From: Sinorhizobium meliloti | GTDB lineage: Bacteria; Pseudomonadota; Alphaproteobacteria; Rhizobiales; Rhizobiaceae | NCBI RefSeq assembly: GCF_017876815.1 | Contig: NZ_JAGIOS010000001.1 | Span: 3,390,001-3,422,000, forward strand | Reading direction: 5' to 3' | DNA: 32,000 nt | Part shown: positions 24,779 through 31,741 of the stretch, piece after piece | How the letters are laid out: each line of letters opens with the position of its first letter | Numbering within the stretch: the stretch's first letter is position 1 | Translations under genes and position numbers: made by a program | Notes under the pieces: model-generated | Seen by the model: only the letters and a program-made list of their open reading frames with translations | The model's database searches: none | What the model was told of the DNA's origin: nothing

Positions 24779-26292
24779 TGACCAGGACTATGATTGGCGT
24801 CGACAGCACCGGCGCCGGCTGCATCAAGATCATGAAGAATGACGCCGACAATCCGCGAACCACTCCGGACAGTCAGCGGTCGAAGTTCCTCTATAACTCG
24901 AAATACGCTCTGAACGCGTCGATTGCCCATATCGAGCGTATCAATCAAATTAGCTCTGGGGGAAGTGTCCAATACAATTATTACCCGGCAGGGTCGAATG
25001 CGTCCAACTATCAGAAGATGGAAGGATCAGGCGGCGGAGAGTCCACATGGCTGTTCCGTAATTCCGCGTTCCCGAAATGCAAATACAATATGCCCCTGTT
25101 TGACGTGAAAGCCACACGGACGAACACCGGGCGTTTCAACCAGCAGCGAATTCAGCGCCGCTATTCAGGGAAATACTATAACGACCAAGGCGGTTATTTC
25201 TTTATGGGGAACTGGTATCAGGCCCCGTGGATGAAGAACTTTAGCGGCAGTGTCGGTCAATGGGGTGATTTCCCATATGGTACTTACGCCAAAATCACCA
25301 CGTCAACGAATGACGATGCATACAACCGCTTCTTGTCACGAGAAAAGCGGTTGATCGTGTGGAACCTGCCCGGCAATGAAGACCCGTCGCTGGAAGCGCC
25401 GCCCTTGGCTCCAAATGGATCGAAGAACATCATTCTGCGATCCGATAAGATGATAATCGCAAAGCCCGGCTACAACGCGGAGACGGCGAACGAATGGCAA
25501 GTTTCGTTCGACAGCCGCCGTGTGCCTGTGAAGGTCATTGCCGCTGCGGACATCGCAATTCCTGCCGGTGAATCCTTCTATGAGACCGGCATCACCTTGC
25601 CGGCAAACATGGCCCTTGATGTTCATTTTTATGAGGGATCAACGATCTACTACCCTTTCAATCCGAACATGAGTAACGGCCTGGGTGCGGATTATTGGTT
25701 CAGCGGCTCGCGAATTTATTTCAATTCGTCCAATACGATGCGCGCCCGGTTCATGCTCTACCTCGACGCAGGAGACCCGCCGACGAACGGCAGTAACCGC
25801 GTGCTAAGGGAATTCACGGAAGGCGGGCAAGACGTTGTGCAGTTCTTGCGCCCCGGTTCAGCCAACCCGCCCTCATGGGCGGATATCATCATAGATACGC
25901 GCTGGCCTTGCGTGCAAATCATTGCCGAAGGCTATTTCAGTGTTGCGGTAGGAAGCCCGCTCCAAACGGTCATTAATTTTGACGCTTCCGGCATGTTCCC
26001 TATGGTCAAATACATGACCAAACACGGGGCGGGGTCCGAAACTAGCGTTGGTAGTTGGACCGAGTCGATCAAGCTTCCGACCGTTCGTCAACGCGTCTAT
26101 TCGACCAGCAGCAATTTTGAGTGCGGTGATAGTTCCCATTGCCGGCTCACGCAGACAAGCGCCACGTTTGTTACCAATCGCGGGCAGCCGGGCGACTATT
26201 ACAACGATGCGGACAATCCCGGCACGTGGCGAACGGAAGGCGCCGATCACGTGCTCGGCATCCGCTACTACATTCTCGGCATTCCAGCTTAG
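24778..26292 (+). CDS. Putative receptor-binding / tail fibre protein (lower GC cassette)
   Basis: 504 aa with a TGATG overlap with the J-like gene. Rich in N/Y/S/G and visibly more AT-rich than its neighbours. Confidence 0.6.
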   Translation: MTRTMIGVDSTGAGCIKIMKNDADNPRTTPDSQRSKFLYNSKYALNASIAHIERINQISSGGSVQYNYYPAGSNASNYQKMEGSGGGESTWLFRNSAFPKCKYNMPLFDVKATRTNTGRFNQQRIQRRYSGKYYNDQGGYFFMGNWYQAPWMKNFSGSVGQWGDFPYGTYAKITTSTNDDAYNRFLSREKRLIVWNLPGNEDPSLEAPPLAPNGSKNIILRSDKMIIAKPGYNAETANEWQVSFDSRRVPVKVIAAADIAIPAGESFYETGITLPANMALDVHFYEGSTIYYPFNPNMSNGLGADYWFSGSRIYFNSSNTMRARFMLYLDAGDPPTNGSNRVLREFTEGGQDVVQFLRPGSANPPSWADIIIDTRWPCVQIIAEGYFSVAVGSPLQTVINFDASGMFPMVKYMTKHGAGSETSVGSWTESIKLPTVRQRVYSTSSNFECGDSSHCRLTQTSATFVTNRGQPGDYYNDADNPGTWRTEGADHVLGIRYYILGIPA

Positions 26293-26303
26293 GAACTCCT
26301 GAC

Positions 26304-27437
26304 ATGACCATACCCTATGTAACGGGCACGGTTTCCGTGACCGCCGGCAGTGCCGTTGTCACCGGCTCCGGAACTGCCTGGGCGACCGCGTTGATCGCCG
26401 GCGGCCTCTTCGGCCTCGACAGCAGCAACGGTAACCTGGTCCCGATCCTCTCGGTCGACAGCAACACCCAGCTCACCCTCGCCAAGCCATGGCGGGGCAC
26501 CACGGCGGCCGGGCAGGGGTACTGGATCGTTCGCGATACGGCCTACCTGCAGCAGCAGACCGTAAACGCCCAGGCACTCTCGACCTACATTCAGCGGCTC
26601 GACAATGCTGTGCTCGCGGCTTTGGCGGGGCTAACGCCGGCAGCTGACAAGATCGCCTACTTCAATGGTGCGGCGACTGCTGTCCTGGCCGACATCAAGG
26701 CGAAGGGACGTGACATCATTTCGGCAGCGGACATGATCGGCTTGCTCGGCAAGCTCGGCCCGGTCTTCGGCGGAACGCCACCTAGCCCGACTGGCGCGGG
26801 CGTTGGCCTCTCCGATGGCGATTTCAACACGATTATGGTGCCAGGGGTGTATTCGATCGCGGGCACCTGGTCTAACGGCCCGGCAGCTTATGGCGCGTCC
26901 AACATATGGACCGCGATCCTGGTTATGCATGGCCGAAACGCCAACAATCTCATGTATCAAACCCTCTATCATTCATCGCGGGGAGTCTGGTGGCGATACT
27001 CAACCGATGCCACCGGCGCCACGTGGCAGCCCTGGAACGTCATCCCGCGCGAAGTGGTCGGCCTTGTCGGGCAAGCATCTGGAATTCCGACAGGAGCAAT
27101 CATCGAGCCCGGCAGCAACGCCAACGGCGAGTACGTGCGTTTTGCGGACGGCACGCAGATCTGTTAGGGAACGGGAACGATTAACGTTTCGACCAACCTC
27201 AACAACCACTTTGGCTCTACCTCTGGAGCCTCCGTCACCGGCAACGCGCTGATCAGCTTCCCGGCGACGTTCTCCAATACAAGCTACTCGGTATCAGTCT
27301 TCCCAACGTTCCGCGGCTTCACAGTGCTTGGTGCCTACTCCAAGAACGGCGCCAATGCCGCCGTCAGGATGGGCGTGTCAGGCTCGACCGCAAACGATGT
27401 TCCCTATGAATGGTCAGCTTTCGGAAGGTGGTTCTGA
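26304..27437 (+). pseudogene. Tail fibre gene interrupted by in-frame TAG at 27165-27167
   Basis: ATG at 26304. After ...YVRFADGTQIC the TAG is followed by 89 further sense codons in the same frame (GTGTINVSTN...ALISFPATFSNTSYSVSV...EWSAFGRWF). These end in a TGA that overlaps the next gene's ATG (27435-27439). Confidence 0.7.
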
Positions 27438-27784
27438 TGATAGTTGATCTCTCTCCCCAGCGCCGCGATGACCTCCTGACGGTCACCAAGGCTGGTGACG
27501 CCCTCACGATCAACGGTATGGCATTCGACTTCTCGACCTTGCCGGACGGTGCGACGATACCGGCCGGCGAGGTTCCTTGTGAATGGCTTGTCGGCCCCGT
27601 CGAACGCATCGCCGGCGAGCTTCACCTGACGCTCATCCTGCCGCACGGTCCGAGCCCCTCTCAGGCCGTTGCGTTCCCTCCGCCACTCATCGACCCGCCT
27701 GACGGGGTAATTGCGTTGCCGGCCGATCCGCAGCCGTCGATCCCTGATCCTGCTGAAGAGGAGCCTGCCAATGTGGACGGTTGA
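27437..27784 (+). CDS. Hypothetical fibre-associated protein
   Basis: Internal ATG (MIVDLSPQRRDD...) of ORF 27410..27784, coupled by TGATG to the extended fibre frame. Confidence 0.6.
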   Translation: MIVDLSPQRRDDLLTVTKAGDALTINGMAFDFSTLPDGATIPAGEVPCEWLVGPVERIAGELHLTLILPHGPSPSQAVAFPPPLIDPPDGVIALPADPQPSIPDPAEEEPANVDG

Positions 27785-28106
27785 CCTATCGAAAGTTGTC
27801 ACGGCCGAGCAGAAGGCGGCAGAGGCGCGCGCAGCGCTGCAGGCGCAATACTCGGCCGCCATCCAGGCGCATCTCGATGCCAAGGCACGCGAGCGGCAAT
27901 ATGACGGCATCCAGACCGCCATCACCTATCGCGGCGATCCGAACCCGCAGTTCGCGGCCGAGGGCGAGGCCCTCTTCGCCTGGCGATCGGCAGTGTGGAC
28001 CTATTCCACGGCTGAGCTGGTGAAGGTGTTGGCCGGCGAGCGGCTGCAGCCCAGTGTCGAAGAGTTCATGGCCGAACTGCCGGCGTTTCAGTGGCCGCAG
28101 TTGTAG
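27771..28106 (+). CDS. Hypothetical fibre-associated protein (possible tail fibre assembly/DUF4376-like)
   Basis: Internal ATG (MWTVDLSKVVTAEQK...) of ORF 27711..28106, overlapping the upstream gene end. Confidence 0.55.
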   Translation: MWTVDLSKVVTAEQKAAEARAALQAQYSAAIQAHLDAKARERQYDGIQTAITYRGDPNPQFAAEGEALFAWRSAVWTYSTAELVKVLAGERLQPSVEEFMAELPAFQWPQL

Positions 28107-28236
28107 CGGCTGGATCTCTCGCCCATTCGGCGACAGCAATCGCTGAACTGAGCAATATGGCTGGCACGGCTAGCGCGGCGAGGAACCTGATCACGCTCTT
28201 CCGATGAGCTCGCTTGGGGTCCCACTCGTAAGACAT
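28066..28236 (-). CDS. Possible small single-TM protein (56 aa)
   Basis: Internal ATG of ORF 28066..28428(-) with AGAGG about 9 nt upstream. MSYEWDPKRAHRKSVIRFLAALAVPAILLSSAIAVAEW... Overlaps the 3' end of the 27771..28106 gene. Confidence 0.3.
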   Translation of the reverse strand: MSYEWDPKRAHRKSVIRFLAALAVPAILLSSAIAVAEWARDPAATTAATETPAVRP

Positions 28237-28460
28237 TGTGCTTGCCTCTTCATGATCCGAAAGACGGCTCCGGCTCAACCATATGGGCACGGTTTCCGTC
28301 GCTGGTCGAGTGAATTTCCCGCAATCCCGCCTTGCGGGGCTTAAACCCCAACCCAAAGGAAAAATCAAATGGATAAAACCGTGCCTCCCGGCGCGGCGAT
28401 ATTCGATTGCATCAACCGCGTTCAACACGTAAATGGAAGCGTCTGTGAATTCGAACGCTC

Positions 28461-28510
28461 AGACGCGGGGCCTCTTCTTTCGTCGAGAGAGAAGGGGCCC
28501 TTTCGCGTCT
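28461..28510. terminator. Large hairpin between fibre module and lysis module
   Basis: Outer AGACGCG (28461-28467) pairs with CGCGTCT (28504-28510). The inner stem GGGCCTCTTCTTT / AGAGAAGGGGCCC is about 13 bp including G-T pairs. It lies 18 nt downstream of the stop of the minus-strand ORF at 28528. Confidence 0.5.
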
Positions 28511-28527
28511 AAGAACAGACCGACCCG

Positions 28528-28797
28528 TTATTCTGGCTCTGCACCGCCCGGCTCCGGCCGATCGTCGGCCTCGGTCAATATCGGCACGGGCTCGATTGGC
28601 CTTGCCGCTAGAGCTTTGAGGTCCTCGGCGAGGCCGGCAAGCTGCGCCGCAAAGTCCAGAAGATTCGAAGCGGCGCACTGTGCCGCGATTTCTGAGAGGT
28701 CAGTAACCAGCTCGATTGGGCCGGCGCTCTCCGCTTCGCTGTCGTTTATGTCCAAGCCCAAGTCCAAGCCCCCAATTTCCCATTGATGTGGGATCAT
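28528..28797 (-). CDS. Hypothetical acidic protein (antisense moron)
   Basis: 89-aa ORF with coding-like codon pattern, followed by the 28461-28510 hairpin. No clear SD. Confidence 0.45.
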   Translation of the reverse strand: MIPHQWEIGGLDLGLDINDSEAESAGPIELVTDLSEIAAQCAASNLLDFAAQLAGLAEDLKALAARPIEPVPILTEADDRPEPGGAEPE

Positions 28798-28945
28798 TGG
28801 CGAGGCCCGTCAAGGGCTGCTGCCGGCGACGAGCCTCTCGGCCGCCTCCGAGGGGCAAAGCGGCCAACGTCAAGTTAAGCCTGAACATTGCCGGCAGCCA
28901 TACACCAGCCGCCGAATATTCCCCAACGACAACCAGGAGACTTCA

Positions 28946-29914
28946 ATGAGCGCCATCACCGCTCAGCACGTTCGCGCGGCCGCAACGGGCAGGGTGAACG
29001 AGAGCAACCTCGCGTCCGTGCTTGTGGCGCTGGACAGGTACGGGGAGCGTTTCGGCATGGATCGGCCGCACCGTCTCTCCCAGTATTTCGCCCAGCTCAT
29101 GCATGAAAGCGGCGACTTCCGCTATGATCGCGAGATCTGGGGCCCGACGCCGGCGCAGCAGCGCTACGACACCCGCACCGATCTTGGCAACACGCCGGAG
29201 AAGGATGGCGACGGACATCTCTACCGCGGCCGAACCGGAATGCAACTGACCGGCAGGGATAATTATCGCCAGTTCCGCAACTGGTGCCGCGCGGCCGGCC
29301 TCAACTGCCCGGACTTCGTAAAGGATCCGGACGCGGTCAATGCCGATCCGTGGGAAGGCCTGGTGCCTCTGTTCTACTGGGACACTCGGGATCTGAACCG
29401 CTGGGCCGACGAGGGGGACTGTGAGACCGTTACGAGAAAGATAAACGGCGGCAAGAACGGCTTGGCCGACCGGTTTGACCGGCTCGCCCGGATCTCGCTC
29501 GTTCTGCTCGGCTATCGTGCCGACAACGTCCTTCAGTTCCAGGCTGACCAGCGCCTGCAGGTCGACGGCGACGTCGGTCCGAAAACCCGTGCTGCGATGC
29601 ATACAGCGCTCGTGGCGCTCACTCCGGGCGAAGCGGCACGGCCGGAGGTGAAGGCGGCGCCCGTGACCGAGGAGAAGCCGGTACCGGTACCCGTCACGCC
29701 GCCCAGCCTCGATGCGCCTTGGTGGAAGTCGAAAGAGGTCATCACCCCGTCTGTCATCGGCGGCGGCGCTTCGCTGGTCACGGCGATCGGCGGCATACCT
29801 TGGCAGAACCTTCTCCTGATCCTCGTCGCCTTCGGCGGCATCGCCGGCTTCCTCTACTGGCGCAAGAACGCCGATCGGAAGGCGGTCGCCAAGCAGGTAG
29901 AGGGGATGGCGTGA
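28946..29914 (+). CDS. Endolysin: glycoside hydrolase family 19 domain + PG_binding_1 domain + two C-terminal TM segments
   Basis: AGGAGA SD. GH19-like YFAQLMHESGDFRYDREIWGPT...YRGRTGMQLTGRDNY. PG-binding LQVDGDVGPKTRAAMHTAL. C-terminal VITPSVIGGGASLVTAIGGI and WQNLLLILVAFGGIAGFLYW. Confidence 0.85.
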   Translation: MSAITAQHVRAAATGRVNESNLASVLVALDRYGERFGMDRPHRLSQYFAQLMHESGDFRYDREIWGPTPAQQRYDTRTDLGNTPEKDGDGHLYRGRTGMQLTGRDNYRQFRNWCRAAGLNCPDFVKDPDAVNADPWEGLVPLFYWDTRDLNRWADEGDCETVTRKINGGKNGLADRFDRLARISLVLLGYRADNVLQFQADQRLQVDGDVGPKTRAAMHTALVALTPGEAARPEVKAAPVTEEKPVPVPVTPPSLDAPWWKSKEVITPSVIGGGASLVTAIGGIPWQNLLLILVAFGGIAGFLYWRKNADRKAVAKQVEGMA

Positions 29915-30231
29915 TGGCTGCTCTCTCGAAGAAGCTCCGCAGCGTCGAGGGCGGCCGGCTCATGTTCTGGTGCCCGGGCTGCGATGGCGCGCATCAGGTC
30001 GGTGTCGGCGAGGGCGCCGGGCTGCGCTGGCGCTATAACGGAAACCCGGATGCGCCCACGTTCACCCCTTCCGTCCTTGTCACCTACGACGGTTCCGACG
30101 CCGGCAAGGACGGGGCTCCGCCGGCGATCTGCCATTCATTCGTGGCCGATGGCCGCATCCAGTTCCTTTCTGACTGCACGCATGCGCTCGCTGGCGAGAC
30201 GGTCGACATACCAGACTGGGAGGAGGCTTGA
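29914..30231 (+). CDS. Small Cys/His-rich protein (DUF6527-like, tentative)
   Basis: Internal ATG overlapping the endolysin TGA. MFWCPGCDGAHQV...PTFTPSVLV...ICHSFVADGRIQFLSDCTHALAG. Confidence 0.65.
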   Translation: MAALSKKLRSVEGGRLMFWCPGCDGAHQVGVGEGAGLRWRYNGNPDAPTFTPSVLVTYDGSDAGKDGAPPAICHSFVADGRIQFLSDCTHALAGETVDIPDWEEA

Positions 30232-30515
30232 TGTTCAGCCGCCTCTCTCTGGCCGCTGGCGCTGTTGCCGGCGACATCTTCGTCTTTATCGGCATGCAGA
30301 CGGTCAACGCGCTCTGGATCATCCCCGGAGCGAGGGAAGAGGGCCGGAAGCTCGAACGCGCCGAACTGGATTCCGCAACCAACAAAGCCATCGGAGAACT
30401 GCGAGATGAAGCTGATCGCGCTCGCTTTAACCGCCGCCTGTGCATTGAGCGCGGCCGGCTGTACGTCAACGCAACAGGTCAGTGCGTCGAAAGACCGCCT
30501 CAACCAGGCGGCTAG
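30231..30515 (+). CDS. i-spanin-like protein (N-terminal TM, Rz-like)
   Basis: ATG at 30231 overlaps the upstream TGA, with GGGAGGAGG just upstream. N-terminal LSLAAGAVAGDIFVFIGM followed by a charged helical region. Confidence 0.6.
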   Translation: MFSRLSLAAGAVAGDIFVFIGMQTVNALWIIPGAREEGRKLERAELDSATNKAIGELRDEADRARFNRRLCIERGRLYVNATGQCVERPPQPGG

Positions 30516-30660
30516 GGCCGTCGTCGGTACGTCCCTGATCGGCGCTCGAGGCGCGACGCCGACCGATCAGGACAAAATTGACGAAACGGTCGCGGGGCTA
30601 TGCGGCGCCCGCGCCTGGACCCAGAGCGAATGTGCCCGCCACGACGCGGCGCAGCAGTAA
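30406..30660 (+). CDS. o-spanin-like lipoprotein (Rz1-like), overlapping the i-spanin gene in another frame
   Basis: MKLIALALTAACALSAAGC signal peptide with a lipobox-like AAGC. Starts inside the i-spanin gene and extends beyond it. Confidence 0.6.
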   Translation: MKLIALALTAACALSAAGCTSTQQVSASKDRLNQAARAVVGTSLIGARGATPTDQDKIDETVAGLCGARAWTQSECARHDAAQQ

Positions 30661-30718
30661 CCATCCAGCATTGCATACGAGGGGCAGGGGATTGTCTGAA
30701 ACACAGGAAACCGAAAAG

Positions 30719-31084
30719 ATGGTCGCAACTCCGAAATGGAGGTTTGAATATAACCTCAACACCCTGGTGATCCTATTTGGCTTTGCCGGCGGCCTCGTTG
30801 CGTGGGGCGCGACTTGGGAGAGGGTGAACGCCAACCAGAATTCGCAGGCAAATTCCATCGATCGCCTCGACAAGCGCCTGACAGCGGCCGAAGTCTCCCT
30901 CCGGCAGATCGACAATCACGAGCTCCGGATCTCGGCGGTGGAGAAGCAGGCGGCCGAAGCGGCCACCTCTATGAAGGCCGTCGAGAATACGCTCAACAGC
31001 CTCTCGATCGATACACGTGTAATGCGCGAAATCCTGCAGAGGATCGAGGCTGGTCAGCGCGACGGCGCGCAGTTGCGGCGCTGA
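30719..31084 (+). CDS. Hypothetical membrane-anchored coiled-coil protein
   Basis: Internal ATG (MVATPKWRFEYNLNTLVILFGFAGGLVAWGATW...) with AGGAAA upstream. One TM segment, then heptad-like sequence. Confidence 0.55.
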   Translation: MVATPKWRFEYNLNTLVILFGFAGGLVAWGATWERVNANQNSQANSIDRLDKRLTAAEVSLRQIDNHELRISAVEKQAAEAATSMKAVENTLNSLSIDTRVMREILQRIEAGQRDGAQLRR

Positions 31085-31137
31085 TTTGCATAGGCATGCA
31101 CTTGCGCGATGCGCGTCGGTCTGCTTTCCTTGTTCGC

Positions 31138-31338
31138 ATGGACACAAAACTTGCAGACTTGAAACTCAGGCCTTCGCTTCTCCGCGAGCTAAACCAGACC
31201 GGCTATGAGGTGGTCGGAGATATGCAAAATCAGCCGACCCCAGAATTGCTGCGAATACCCGGGATGGGCGGACAAGACTGGCGGAAGATTGCCAAGGCGT
31301 TGGGGCGAGATCCATTCCCTGGATTGAAGAAGCGTTGA
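31138..31338 (+). CDS. Stand-alone RNA polymerase alpha-subunit C-terminal-domain-like (helix-hairpin-helix) protein
   Basis: 66 aa. DLKLRPSLLRELNQTGYEVVGDMQNQPTPELLRIPGMGGQDWRKIAKAL aligns by eye with E. coli alpha-CTD [49 protein letters not shown]. Weak SD. Confidence 0.55.
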   Translation: MDTKLADLKLRPSLLRELNQTGYEVVGDMQNQPTPELLRIPGMGGQDWRKIAKALGRDPFPGLKKR

Positions 31339-31531
31339 TATCCCGCTGGCAACGGAAAGGCCGACGCCGCGGCAAAAGCTTTCCCAATAGGATTCTCTAT
31401 ATTGTCAGCTTTTAACCCTGCCGTAATCTAAGTGGGCGGCTTGGTGCAGATTGCCACTCGACACGATGAATGTCATTCGACAGGTGATTCGACGAAAGGC
31501 CGCGCTCGTAACTGGTTGTGAGGGTAAAGCA

Positions 31532-31711
31532 ATGAAACGGCTTATCGCTGTATTGCTTCTCGGGGTGGCACACTTGGTTGCAACGCCGCTGGTGGCAATC
31601 ACCGTCTTTGAAGACGGTGGCAAGGCTTACGCAGATAGCCGCGACGTCGGACACAAAAAGGGGACAAAAACGGTAACTGAAAGCGCTGTTCCTAGGTCAT
31701 TCCTAAACTGA
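31532..31711 (+). CDS. Possible small secreted/membrane peptide (59 aa)
   Basis: GAGGG 8 nt upstream of the ATG. MKRLIAVLLLGVAHLVATPLVAITVF is signal-peptide-like. Followed by the hairpin at 31716-31741. Confidence 0.4.
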   Translation: MKRLIAVLLLGVAHLVATPLVAITVFEDGGKAYADSRDVGHKKGTKTVTESAVPRSFLN

Positions 31712-31715
31712 GAAC

Positions 31716-31741
31716 GCCCGCGCCGGGTGACCTGCGCGGGC
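31716..31741 (+). terminator. GC-rich hairpin after the small ORF (no U-tract)
   Basis: GCCCGCGC (31716-31723) / GCGCGGGC (31734-31741), 10-nt loop. Confidence 0.4.

Larger units (their letters stand above)
1..31741. mobile_element. Prophage (temperate siphovirus type; lambda-like head module, GTA/HK97-like tail chaperones); true boundaries not determinable in this window
   Basis: Continuous phage gene order from the CI-like repressor (13-678) to the lysis cassette (28946-30660). No integrase or att direct repeat is visible. Confidence 0.9.

Noticed and set aside
28369-28512. 47-aa plus-strand ORF with an AAGGA SD and an upstream CCCCAAC context like true late genes
   Set aside because: It is short and hydrophilic with no motif, and its 3' end is the large hairpin. 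It is mentioned only under the island finding and is not called as a gene.
26304-28800. Invertible tail-fibre segment (Mu G / P1 C type), suggested by minus-strand ORFs just after the fibre genes
   Set aside because: There is no invertase gene and no inverted crossover repeats flanking the segment. The minus-strand ORFs do not resemble fibre C-termini or assembly proteins.
13123-28926. Recurring CCCCAAC heptamer upstream of several starts (near 13124, 15110, 28344, 28921)
   Set aside because: Four hits in 32 kb is about what base composition predicts for a 7-mer (rough estimate of about 3 per strand). This is not enough to claim a motif.
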